Below the pieces are notes generated by a model that saw only the letters and a program-made list of their open reading frames with translations, did no database searches and had not been told where the DNA came from. A stretch of 64,000 nucleotides of DNA from Antedon mediterranea (Eukaryota; Animalia; Echinodermata). Shown here piece after piece: positions 33,801 through 47,400 of this stretch; the stretch's first letter is position 1, and the number at the start of each line of letters is the position of its first letter. The stretch is taken from NCBI RefSeq assembly GCF_964355755.1, contig NW_027306098.1:2501-66500 (forward strand), written 5' to 3'. The translations under genes were made by a program, and so were the position numbers.

Positions 33801-36800
33801 AATGTTTTGTGTGAAAAGTTTTATCGAAATGCTCAAAATTGTCTAAAACGGTTTCAAATGTGATTTTAAGCACTTTGATATTTTTGTGTAATCAAGTTTT
33901 TTCGAAATGCACAACATGGTCTAAAACGTCTCCAAATGCGATTTGAAGCTATTTTGTGCACTTTGATGTTTTTGTGTGTAAAGTTTTATCGAAATTCTCA
34001 AAATGGTCTAAAACGGTTTCAAATGTGATTTTAAGCACTTTGATGTTTTTGTGTAATCAAGTTTCATCGAAATGCACAAAATGGTTTAAAACGTCTGCAA
34101 ATGCGATTTGAAGCTATTTTGTGCACTTTGATGTTTTTGTGTGAAAAGTTTCATCGAAATGCACAAAATTGTCTAAAACGTCTCCAAATACGATATTAAG
34201 CTATTGTATGCACTTTGATGTTTTTGAGTGAAAAGTTTTTTCGAAATGCACAAAATGGTCTAAAACGTCTCCCAATGCGATTTGGAGCTCTTTTGTGCAC
34301 TTTGATGTTTTGTGTAAAAAGTTTGCTATTTTGTGCACTTTAATGTTTTGTGTGAAAAGTTTTATCGAAATGCTCAAAATTGTCTAAAACGGTTTCAAAT
34401 GTGATTTTAAGCACTTTGATTTTTTTGTGTAATCAAGTTTTTTCGAAATGCACAACATGGTCTAAAACGTCTCCAAATGCGATTTGAAGCTATTTTGTGC
34501 ACTTTGTCGTTTTTGTGTGAAAAGTTTCATCGAAATGCTCAAAATGGTCTAAAACGCCTCCAAATGCGATTTGAAGCTACTTTGTGCACTTTGATGTTTT
34601 TTTGTGGAAGGTTTCATCGAAATGCACAAAATGGTCTAAAACGTCTCTAAATGCGATTTGAAGCTATTTTGTGCACTTTGATGTTTTTGTGAAAAGTTTC
34701 ATCGAAATGCACAAAATGGTCTAAAACGTCTCTAAATGCGATTTGAAGCTATTTTGTGCACTTTGTCGTTTTTGTGTGAAAAGTTTCATCGAAATGCTCA
34801 AAATGGTCTAAAACGTCTCCAAATGCGATTTGAAGCTATTTTGTGCACTTTGATGTTTTTGTGTGAAAAGTTTCATCGAAATGCACAAAATGGTCTAAAA
34901 CGTCTCCAAATGCGATTTGAAGCTATTTTGTGCACTTTGATGTTTTTGTGTGAAAAGTTTGATCGAAATGCACAAAATGGTCTAAAACGGTTTCAAATGT
35001 GATTTTAAGCACTTTGATATTTTTGTGTAATCAAGTTTTTTCGAAATGCACAAAATGGTCTAAAACGTCTCCAAATGCGATTTGAAGTTATTTTGTGCAC
35101 TTTGATGTTTTGTGTGAAAAGTTTTATCGAAATGCACAAAATGGTCTAAAACGGTTTCAAATGTGATTTTAAGCACTTTGATATTTTTGTGTAATCAAGT
35201 TTTTTCGAAATGCACAAAATGGTCTAAAACGTCTCCAAATGCGATTTGAAGTTATTTTGTGCACTTTGATGTTTTGTGTGAAAAGTTTTATCGAAATGCT
35301 CAAAATTGTCTAAAACGGTTTCAAATGTGATTTTAAGCACTTTGATATTTTTGTGTAACCAAGTTTCATCGAAATGCACAAAATGGTCTAAAACGTCTGC
35401 AAATGCGATTTGAAGCTATTGTGTGATTTTAAGAACTTTGATATTTTTGTGTAATCAAGTTTCATCGAAATGCACAAAATGATCTAAAGCGTCTTCAAAT
35501 GCGATTTGAAGCTATTTTGTGCACTTTGATGGTTTTGTGTGAAAAGTTTCATCGAAATGCACAAAATGGTCAAAAACGTCTCCAAATACGATAATAAGCT
35601 TTTTTATGCACATTGATGTTTTTGTGTGAAAAGTCTCATCGAAATGCACAAAATGGTCTAAAACGTCTCCAAATGCGATTTGAAGCTATTTTGTGCACTT
35701 TGATGTTTTGTGTAATGAAACGCACAAAATTGTCTAAAACGTCTCCGAATACGATATTAAGCTATTTTATGCACTTTGATGTTTTTGTGTGAAAAGTTTT
35801 TTCGAAATGCACAAAATGGTCTAAAACGTCTCCAAATGCGATTTGGAGCTCTTTTGTGCACTTTGATGTTTTGTGTAAAAAGTTTTATAGAAATGCACGA
35901 AATGGTCTAAAAGGGTTTCAAATGTGATTTTAAGCACTTTAATGTTTTGTGTAAAAAGTTTTATAGAAATGCTCGAAATGGTCTAAAACGTTTTCAAATG
36001 TGATTTTAAGCACTTTAATGTTTTGTGTGAAAATTTTTTTCGAAATGCACAACATGGTCTAAAACTTCTCCAAATGCGATTTGAAGATATTTTGTGCACT
36101 TTGATGTTTTTGTGTGAAAAGTTTCATCGAAACGCACAAAATGGTCTAAAACGTCTCCCAATACGATAATAAGCTATTGTATGCACTTTGTTGTTTTTGT
36201 GTGAAAAGTTTTTTCGAATTACACAAAATGGTCTAAAACGTCTCCAAATGCGATTTGGAGCTCTTTTGTGCACTTTGATGTTTTGTGTCAAAAGTATTAT
36301 AGAAATGCTCGAAATGGTCTAAAACGGTTTCAAATGTGATTTTAAGCACTTTCATGTTTTTGTGTAACCAAGTTTCATCGAGATGCACAAAAAAATCTAA
36401 AACGTCTCCAAATGCGATTTAAAGCTATTTTGTGCACTTTAATATTTTGTGTGAAAAGTTTTATCGAAATGCTCAAAATGGTCTAAAACGGTTTCAAATG
36501 TGATTTTAAGCACTTTGATGTTTTTGTGTAATCAAGTTTCATCGAAATGCACAAAATGGTTTAAAACGTCTGCAAATGCGATTTGAAGCTATTTTGTGCA
36601 CTTTGATGTTTTGTGTAATACAGTTTCATCGAAATGTCCAAAATTGTCTAAAACCTCTCAAAATGCGATTTGAAGCTATTTTGTGCACTTTGATTTTTTT
36701 GTGTGAAAAGTTTCATCGAAATGCACAAAATTGTCTAAAACGTCTCCAAATGCGATTTGGAGCTCTTTTGTGCACTTTGATGTTTTGTGTAAAAAGTTTT

Positions 36801-38429
36801 TTAGAAATGCTCGAAATGGTCTAAAACGTCTTCAAATGTGATTTTAAGCACTTTAATGTTTTGTGTGAAAAGTTTTATCGAAATGCTCAAAATTGTCTAA
36901 AACGGTTTCAAATGTGATTTTAAGAACTTTGATATTTTTGTGTAATCAAGTTTTTTCAAAATGCACAACATGGTCTAAAACGTCTCCAAATGCGATTTGA
37001 AGCTATTTTGTGCACTTTGTTGTTTTTTGTGAAAAGTTTTATCGAAACGCACAAAATTGTCTAAAACGTCTCCAAATACGATATTAAGCTATTGTATGCA
37101 CTTTGTAGTTTTTGTGTGAAAAGTTTCATCGAAATGCTCAAAATGGTCTAAAACGTCTCCAAGTGCGATTTGAAGCTATTTTGTGCACTTTGATGTTTTT
37201 TTGTGAAAAATTTAATCGAAATGCACAAAATGGTCTAAAACGTCTCTAAATGCGATTTGAAGCTATTTTGTGCACATTGATGTTTTTGTGTGAAAAGTTT
37301 GATCGAAATGCACAAAATGGTCTAAAACGTCTCCAAATGCGATTTGAAGCTATTTTGTGCACTTTGATGTTTTGTGTGAAAAGTTTCACCAAAATGCACA
37401 AAATGGTCTAAAACGTCTCCAAATCCGTTTTGAAGCTAATCTAAGCACTTTTATGTTTTTATGTTAACAAGTTTTTTCGAAATGCAAAAAATGGTCTAAA
37501 ACGTCTCCAAATACGATTTGAAGCTCTTTTGTGCACTTTGTGATGTTTTGTGTAAAAAGTTTTATAGAAATGCACAAAATGGTCTAAAACGGTTTCAAAT
37601 GTGATTTTAAGCACTTTGATATTTTTGTGTTATCAAGTTTGAATCATCGAAATGCACAAAATGGTCTAAAACGTCTGCAAATGCGATTTGAAGCTATTTT
37701 GTGCACTTTGATGGTTTTGTGTGAAAAGTTTCATCGAAATGCACAAAATGGTCAAAAATGTCTCCAAATGATATTTGAAGCTATTTTGTGCACTTTGTTG
37801 TTTTGTGTGAAAAGTTTCATCGATATGCACAAAATGGTCTATAACGGTTTCAAATGTGATTTTAAGCACTTTGATATTTTTGTGTAATAAAGTTTTTTCA
37901 AAATGCACAAAATGGTCTAAAACGTCTCCAAATGCGATTTGAAGTTATTTTGTGCACTTTGATGTTTTGTGTGAAAAGTTTTATCGAAATGCTCAAAATG
38001 GTCTAAAACGGTTTCAAATGTGATTTTAAGCACTTTGATATTTTTGTGTAATCAAGTTTCATCTAAATGCACAAAATGGTCTAAAACGTCTGCAAATGCG
38101 ATTTGAAGCTATTTTGTGATTTTAAGAACTTTGATATCTTTGTGTAATCAAGTTTCATCGAAATGCACAAAATGGTCTAAAACGTCTCCAAATGCGATTT
38201 GAAGCTATTTTGTGCACTTTGTTGTTTTGTGTGAAAAGTTTCATCGAAATGCACAAAATGGTCTAAAACGGTTTCAAATGTGATTTTAAGCACTTTGATA
38301 TTTTTGTGTAATCAAGTTTTTTCGGAAAGCAAAAAATGGTCTAAAACGTCTCCAAATGCGATTTGAAGTTATTTTGTGCACTTTGAAGTTTTGTGTAATG
38401 AAACGCACAAAATGGTCTAAAACGTCTCC

Positions 38430-41400
38430 AAATGCGATTTGAAGCTATTTTGTGCACTTTGTTGTTTTTTGTGAAAAGTTTCATCGAAATGCACAAATTG
38501 GTCTAAAACCTCTCCAAATACGATATTAAGCTATTTTGTGCACATTGATGTTTTTGTGTGAAAAGTTTCACCAAAATGCACAAAATGGTCTAAAACGTCT
38601 CCAAATCCGTTTTGAAGCTAATCTAAGCACTTTGATGTTTTTATGTTAAAAAGTTTTTTCGAAATGCACAAAATGGTCTAAAACGTTTCCAAATACGATT
38701 TGAAGCTCTTTTGTGCACTTTGATATTTTGTGTAATAAGTTTTATAGAAACGCACAAAATGGTCTAAAACGGTTTCAAATGTGATTTTAAGCACTTATAT
38801 ATTTTTGTTTAACCAAGTTTCATCGAAATGCACAAAATGGTCTAAAACGTCTCCAAATGCGATTTGAAGCTGTTTTTGTGTGAAAAGTTTTTTCGAAATA
38901 CACAAAATGGTCTAAAACGTGCACTTTTGTGCACTTTGATGTTTTGTGTCAAAAGTTTTATAGAAATGCTCGAAATGGTCTAAAACGGTTTCAAATGTGA
39001 TTTTAAGCACTTTGATGTTTTTGTGTAATCAAGTTTATAGAAATGCTCGAAATGGTCTAAAACATCTTCAAATGTGATTTTAAGCACTTTAATGTTTTGT
39101 GTGAAAAGTTTTATCGAAATGCTCAAAATGGTTTAAAACGGTTTCAAATGTGATTTTAAGCACTTTGATATTTTTGTGTAATCAAGTTTTTTCGAAATGC
39201 ACAACATGGTCTAAAACGTCTCAAAATACGATATTAAGCTATTGTATGCACTTTGATGTTTTTCTGTGAAAAGTTTTTTCGAAATGCACAAAATGGTCTA
39301 AAACGTCTCAAAAAGCGATTTGGAGCTCTTTTGTGCACTTTGATGTTTTGTGTAAAAAGTTTTATAGAAATGCTCGAAATGTTCTACAACGGTTTCAAAT
39401 GTGATTTTAAGCACTTTGATATTTTTGTTTAACCAAGGTTCATCGAAATGCACAAAATGGTCTAAAACGTCTGCAAATGCGAATTGAAGCTATTTTGTGC
39501 ACTTTGATGTTTTGTGTAATCCAGTTTCATCGAAATGAACAAAATTGTCTAAAACCTCAAAAATGCGATTTCAAGCTATTTTGTGCACTTTGATGATTTT
39601 GTGTGAAAAGTTTTTTCGAAATGCACAAAATGGTCTAAAACGTCTCCAAATGCGATTTGGAGCTCTTTTGTGCACTTTGATGTTTTGTGTAAAAAGTTTT
39701 ATAGAAATGCTCGAAATGGTCTAAAACGTTTTCAAATGTGATTTTAAGCACTTTAATGTTTTGTGTGAAAAGTTTTATCGAAATGCTCAAAATGGTCTAA
39801 AACGGTTTCAAATGTGATTTTAAGCATTTTGATATTTTTGTGTAATCAAGTTTTTTTCGAAATGCACAACATGGTCTAAAACGTCTCCAAATGCGATTTG
39901 AAGCTATTTTGTGCACTTTGATGTTTTGTGTAATGAAACGCACAAAATGGTCTAAAACGTCTCCAAATGCGATTTGAAGTTATTTTGTGCACTTTGATGT
40001 TTTGTGTGAAAAGTTTTATCGAAATGCTCAAAATGGTCTAAAACGGTTTCAAATGTGATTTTAAGCACTTTGATATTTTTGTGTAATCAAGTTTTTTCGA
40101 AATGCACAACATGGTCTAAAACGTCTCCAAATGCGATTTGAAGCTATTTTGTGCACTTTGATGGTTTTGTGTAAAAAGTTTCATCGAAATGCACAAAATG
40201 GTCAAAAACGTCCCCAAATGCGATTTGAAGCTATTTTGTGCACTTTGTTGTTTTGTGTGAAAAGTTTCATCGAAACGCACAAAATGGTCTAAAACAGTTT
40301 CAAATGTGATTTTAAGCACTTTGATATTTTTGTGTAATCAAGTTTTTTCGGAATCCACAAAATGGTCTAAAACGTCTCCAAATGCGATTTGAAGTTATTT
40401 TGTGCACTTTGAAGTTTTGTGTAATGAAACGCACAAAATGGTCTAAAACGTCTCCAAATGCGATTTGAAGCTATTTGTGCACTTTGTTGTTTTGTGTGAA
40501 AAGTTTCATCGAAATGCACAAATTGGTCTAAAACGTCTCCAAATACGATATTAAGCTATTGTATGCACTTTGTTGTTTTTGTGTGAAAAGTTTTTTCGAA
40601 TTACACAAAATTGTCTAAAACGGCTCCAAATGCGATTTGGAGCTCTTTTGTGCACTTTGATGTTTTGTGTCAAAAGTTTTATAGAAATGCTCGAAATGGT
40701 CTAAAACGGTTTCAAATGTGATTTTAAGCACTTTCATGTTTTTGTGTAGCCAAGTTTCATCGAAATGCACAAAAAAATCTAAAACGTCTCCAAATGCGAT
40801 TTAAAGCTATTTTGTCCACTTTAATGTTTTGTGTGAAAAGTTTTATCGAAATTCTCAAAATGGTCTAAAACGGTTTCAAATGTGATTTTAAGTACTTTGA
40901 TGTTTTTGTGTAATCAAGTTTCATCGAAATGCACAAAATGGTTTAAAACGTCTGCAAATGCGATTTGAAGCTATTTTGTGCACTTTGATGTTTTGTGTAA
41001 TCCAGTTTCATCGAAATGTACAAAATTGTCTAAAACCTCTAAAAATGCGATTTGAAGCTATTTTGTGCACTTTGATGTTTTTGTGTGAAAAGTTTCATCG
41101 AAATGCACAAAATTGTCTAAAACGTCTCCAAATACGATATTAAGCTATTGTATGCACTTTGATGTTTTTGAGTGAAAAGTTTTTTCGAAATGCACAAAAT
41201 GGTCTAAAACGTCTCCAAATGCGATTTGGAGCTCTTTTGTGCACTTTGATGTTTTGTGTAAAAAGTTTGCTATTTTGTGCACTTTAATGTTTTGTGTGAA
41301 AAGTTTTATCGAAATGCTCAAAATTGTCTAAAACGGTTTCAAATGTGATTTTAAGCACTTTGATATTTTTGTGTAATCAAGTTTTTTCGAAATGCACAAC

Positions 41401-44400
41401 ATGATCTAAAACGTCTCCAAATGCGATTTGAAGCTATTTTGTGCACTTTGATGTTTTTGTGTGAAAAGTTTCATCGAAATGCACAAAATGGTCTAAAACG
41501 TCTCTAAATGCGATTTGAAGCTATTTTGTGCACTTTGTCGTTTTTGTGTGAAAAGTTTCATCGAAATGCTCAAAATGGTCTAAAACGTCTCCAAATGCGA
41601 TTTGAAGCTATTTTGTGCACTTTGATGTTTTTTTGTGAAAAGTTTCATCGAAATGCACAAAATGGTCTAAAACGTCTCTAAATGCGATTTGAAGCTATTT
41701 TGTGCACTTTGATGTTTTTGTGTGAAAAGTTTCATCGAAATGCACAAAATGGTCTAAAACGTCTCTAAATGCGATTTGAAGCTATTTTGTGCACTTTGAT
41801 GTTTTTTTGTGAAAAGTTTCATCGAAATGCACAAAATGGTCTAAAACGTCTCTAAATGCGATTTGAAGCTATTTTGTGCACTTTGTCGTTTTTGTGTGAA
41901 ATGTTTCATCGAAATGCTCAAAATGGTCTAAAACGTCTCCAAATGCGATTTGAAGCTATTTTGTGCACTTTGATGTTTTTGTGTGAAAAGTTTCATCGAA
42001 ATGCACAAAATGGTCTAAAACGGTTTCAAATGTGATTTTAAGCACTTTGATATTTTTGTGTAATCAAGTTTTTTCGAAATGCACAAAATGGTCTAAAACG
42101 TCTCCAAATGCGATTTAAAGCTATTTTGTGCACTTTAATGTTTTGTGTGAAAAGTTTTATCGAAATTCTCAAAATGGTCTAAAACGGTTTCAAATGTGAT
42201 TTTAAGCACTTTGATGTTTTTGTGTAATCAAGTTTCATCGAATTCATCAAATTCGATTTGAAGCTATTTTGTGCACTTTGATGTTTTGTGTAATCCAGTT
42301 TCATCGAAATGTAAAAAATTGTCTATAACGTCTCTAAATGCGATTTGAAACTATTTTGTGGACTTTGTCGTTTTTGTGTGAAAAGTTTCATCGAAATGCT
42401 CAAAATGATCTAAAACGTCTCCAAATGCGATTTGAAGCTATTTTGTGCACTTTGATGTTTTTGTGTGAAAAGTTTCATCGAAATGCACAAAATGGTCTAA
42501 AACGGTTTCAAATGTGATTTTAAGCACTTTGATATTTTTGTGTAATCAAGTTTTTTCGAAATGCACAAAATGGTCTAAAACGTCTCCAAATGCGATTTGA
42601 AGTTATTTTGTGCACTTTGATGTTTTGTGTGAAAAGTTTCATCGAAATGCTCAAAATGGTCTAAAACGGTTTCAAATGTGATTTTAAGCACTTTGATATT
42701 TTTGTGTAATCAAGTTTCATCGAAATGCACAAAATGGTCTAAAACGTCTGCAAATGCGATTTGAAGCTATTTTGTGCACTTTGATGGTTTGTGTGAAAAG
42801 TTTCATCGAAATGCACAAAATGGTCAAAAATGTCTCCAAATGCGATTTGAAGCTATTTTGTGGACTTTGTGGTTTTGTGTGAAAAGTTTTATCGAAATGC
42901 ACAAAATAGTCTAAAACGGTTTCAAATGTGATTTTAAGCACTTTGATATTTTTGTTTAACCAAGTTTCATCGAAATGCACAAAATGGTCTAAAACGTCTC
43001 CAAATGCGATTTGAAGTTATTTTGTGCACTTTGATGTTTTGTGTGAAAAGTTTTATCGAAATGCTCAAAATGGTCTAAAACGGTTTCAAATGTGATTTTA
43101 AGCGCTTTGATATTTTTGTGTAATCAAGTTTTTTCGAAATGCACAACATGGTCTAAAACGTCTCCAAATGCGATTTGAAGCTATATTGTGCACTTTGATG
43201 TTTTGTGTAATGAAACGCACAAAATGGTCTAAAACGCCTGTTTTCTGTGAAAATTTTCATCGAAATGCAAAAAATTGTCTAAAACGTCTCCAAATGCGAT
43301 TTGAAGCTATTTTGTGCACTTTGTTGTTTTGTGTGAAAAGTTTCATCGAAATGCACAAATTGGTCTAAAACCTCTCCAAATACGATATTAAGCTATTTTG
43401 TGCACATTGATGTTTTTGTGTGAAAAGTTTCACCAAAATGCACAAAATGGTCTAAAACGTCTCCAAATCCGTTTTGAAGCTAATCTAAGCACTTTGATGT
43501 TTTTATGTTAAAAAGTTTTTTCGAAATGCACAAAATGGTCTAAAACGTTTCCAAATACGATTTGAAGCTCTTTTGTGCACTTTGATATTTTGTGTAATAA
43601 GTTTTATAGAAACGCACAAAATGGTCTAAAACGGTTTCAAATGTGATTTTAAGCACTTATATATTTTTGTTTAACCAAGTTTCATCGAAATGCACAAAAT
43701 GGTCTAAAACGTCTCCAAATGCGATTTGAAGCTGTTTTTGTGTGAAAAGTTTTTTCGAAATACACAAAATGGTCTAAAACGTGCACTTTTGTGCACTTTG
43801 ATGTTTTGTGTCAAAAGTTTTATAGAAATGCTCGAAATGGTCTAAAACGTTTTCAAATGTGATTTTAAGCACTTTAATGTTTTGTGTGAAAAGTTTTATC
43901 GAAATGCTCAAAATGGTCTAAAACGGTTTCAAATGTGATTTTAAGCATTTTGATATTTTTGTGTAATCAAGTTTTTTTCGAAATGCACAACATGGTCTAA
44001 AACGTCTCCAAATGCGATTTGAAGCTATTTTGTGCACTTTGATGTTTTGTGTAATGAAACGCACAAAATGGTCTAAAACGTCTCCAAATGCGATTTGAAG
44101 TTATTTTGTGCACTTTGATGTTTTGTGTGAAAAGTTTTATCGAAATGCTCAAAATGGTCTAAAACGGTTTCAAATGTGATTTTAAGCACTTTGATATTTT
44201 TGTGTAATCAAGTTTTTTCGAAATGCACAACATGGTCTAAAACGTCTCCAAATGCGATTTGAAGCTATTTTGTGCACTTTGATGGTTTTGTGTAAAAAGT
44301 TTCATCGAAATGCACAAAATGGTCAAAAACGTCCCCAAATGCGATTTGAAGCTATTTTGTGCACTTTGTTGTTTTGTGTGAAAAGTTTCATCGAAACGCA

Positions 44401-47400
44401 CAAAATGGTCTAAAACAGTTTCAAATGTGATTTTAAGCACTTTGATATTTTTGTGTAATCAAGTTTTTTCGGAATCCACAAAATGGTCTAAAACGTCTCC
44501 AAATGCGATTTGAAGTTATTTTGTGCACTTTGAAGTTTTGTGTAATGAAACGCACAAAATGGTCTAAAACGTCTCCAAATGCGATTTGAAGCTATTTGTG
44601 CACTTTGTTGTTTTGTGTGAAAAGTTTCATCGAAATGCACAAATTGGTCTAAAACGTCTCCAAATACGATATTAAGCTATTGTATGCACTTTGTTGTTTT
44701 TGTGTGAAAAGTTTTTTCGAATTACACAAAATTGTCTAAAACGGCTCCAAATGCGATTTGGAGCTCTTTTGTGCACTTTGATGTTTTGTGTCAAAAGTTT
44801 TATAGAAATGCTCGAAATGGTCTAAAACGGTTTCAAATGTGATTTTAAGCACTTTCATGTTTTTGTGTAGCCAAGTTTCATCGAAATGCACAAAAAAATC
44901 TAAAACGTCTCCAAATGCGATTTAAAGCTATTTTGTGCACTTTAATGTTTTGTGTGAAAAGTTTTATCGAAATTCTCAAAATGGTCTAAAACGGTTTCAA
45001 ATGTGATTTTAAGTACTTTGATGTTTTTGTGTAATCAAGTTTCATCGAAATGCACAAAATGGTTTAAAACGTCTGCAAATGCGATTTGAAGCTATTTTGT
45101 GCACTTTGATGTTTTGTGTAATCCAGTTTCATCGAAATGTACAAAATTGTCTAAAACCTCTAAAAATGCGATTTGAAGCTATTTTGTGCACTTTGATGTT
45201 TTTGTGTGAAAAGTTTCATCGAAATGCACAAAATTGTCTAAAACGTCTCCAAATACGATATTAAGCTATTGTATGCACTTTGATGTTTTTGAGTGAAAAG
45301 TTTTTTCGAAATGCACAAAATGGTCTAAAACGTCTCCAAATGCGATTTGGAGCTCTTTTGTGCACTTTGATGTTTTGTGTAAAAAGTTTGCTATTTTGTG
45401 CACTTTAATGTTTTGTGTGAAAAGTTTTATCGAAATGCTCAAAATTGTCTAAAACGGTTTCAAATGTGATTTTAAGCACTTTGATATTTTTGTGTAATCA
45501 AGTTTTTTCGAAATGCACAACATGATCTAAAACGTCTCCAAATGCGATTTGAAGCTATTTTGTGCACTTTGATGTTTTTGTGTGAAAAGTTTCATCGAAA
45601 TGCACAAAATGGTCTAAAACGTCTCTAAATGCGATTTGAAGCTATTTTGTGCACTTTGTCGTTTTTGTGTGAAAAGTTTCATCGAAATGCTCAAAATGGT
45701 CTAAAACGTCTCCAAATGCGATTTGAAGCTATTTTGTGCACTTTGATGTTTTTTTGTGAAAAGTTTCATCGAAATGCACAAAATGGTCTAAAACGTCTCT
45801 AAATGCGATTTGAAGCTATTTTGTGCACTTTGATGTTTTTGTGTGAAAAGTTTCATCGAAATGCACAAAATGGTCTAAAACGTCTCTAAATGCGATTTGA
45901 AGCTATTTTGTGCACTTTGATGTTTTTTTGTGAAAAGTTTCATCGAAATGCACAAAATGGTCTAAAACGTCTCTAAATGCGATTTGAAGCTATTTTGTGC
46001 ACTTTGTCGTTTTTGTGTGAAATGTTTCATCGAAATGCTCAAAATGGTCTAAAACGTCTCCAAATGCGATTTGAAGCTATTTTGTGCACTTTGATGTTTT
46101 TGTGTGAAAAGTTTCATCGAAATGCACAAAATGGTCTAAAACGGTTTCAAATGTGATTTTAAGCACTTTGATATTTTTGTGTAATCAAGTTTTTTCGAAA
46201 TGCACAAAATGGTCTAAAACGTCTCCAAATGCGATTTAAAGCTATTTTGTGCACTTTAATGTTTTGTGTGAAAAGTTTTATCGAAATTCTCAAAATGGTC
46301 TAAAACGGTTTCAAATGTGATTTTAAGCACTTTGATGTTTTTGTGTAATCAAGTTTCATCGAATTCATCAAATTCGATTTGAAGCTATTTTGTGCACTTT
46401 GATGTTTTGTGTAATCCAGTTTCATCGAAATGTAAAAAATTGTCTATAACGTCTCTAAATGCGATTTGAAACTATTTTGTGGACTTTGTCGTTTTTGTGT
46501 GAAAAGTTTCATCGAAATGCTCAAAATGATCTAAAACGTCTCCAAATGCGATTTGAAGCTATTTTGTGCACTTTGATGTTTTTGTGTGAAAAGTTTCATC
46601 GAAATGCACAAAATGGTCTAAAACGGTTTCAAATGTGATTTTAAGCACTTTGATATTTTTGTGTAATCAAGTTTTTTCGAAATGCACAAAATGGTCTAAA
46701 ACGTCTCCAAATGCGATTTGAAGTTATTTTGTGCACTTTGATGTTTTGTGTGAAAAGTTTCATCGAAATGCTCAAAATGGTCTAAAACGGTTTCAAATGT
46801 GATTTTAAGCACTTTGATATTTTTGTGTAATCAAGTTTCATCGAAATGCACAAAATGGTCTAAAACGTCTGCAAATGCGATTTGAAGCTATTTTGTGCAC
46901 TTTGATGGTTTGTGTGAAAAGTTTCATCGAAATGCACAAAATGGTCAAAAATGTCTCCAAATGCGATTTGAAGCTATTTTGTGGACTTTGTGGTTTTGTG
47001 TGAAAAGTTTTATCGAAATGCACAAAATAGTCTAAAACGGTTTCAAATGTGATTTTAAGCACTTTGATATTTTTGTTTAACCAAGTTTCATCGAAATGCA
47101 CAAAATGGTCTAAAACGTCTCCAAATGCGATTTGAAGTTATTTTGTGCACTTTGATGTTTTGTGTGAAAAGTTTTATCGAAATGCTCAAAATGGTCTAAA
47201 ACGGTTTCAAATGTGATTTTAAGCGCTTTGATATTTTTGTGTAATCAAGTTTTTTCGAAATGCACAACATGGTCTAAAACGTCTCCAAATGCGATTTGAA
47301 GCTATATTGTGCACTTTGATGTTTTGTGTAATGAAACGCACAAAATGGTCTAAAACGCCTGTTTTCTGTGAAAATTTTCATCGAAATGCAAAAAAATTGT

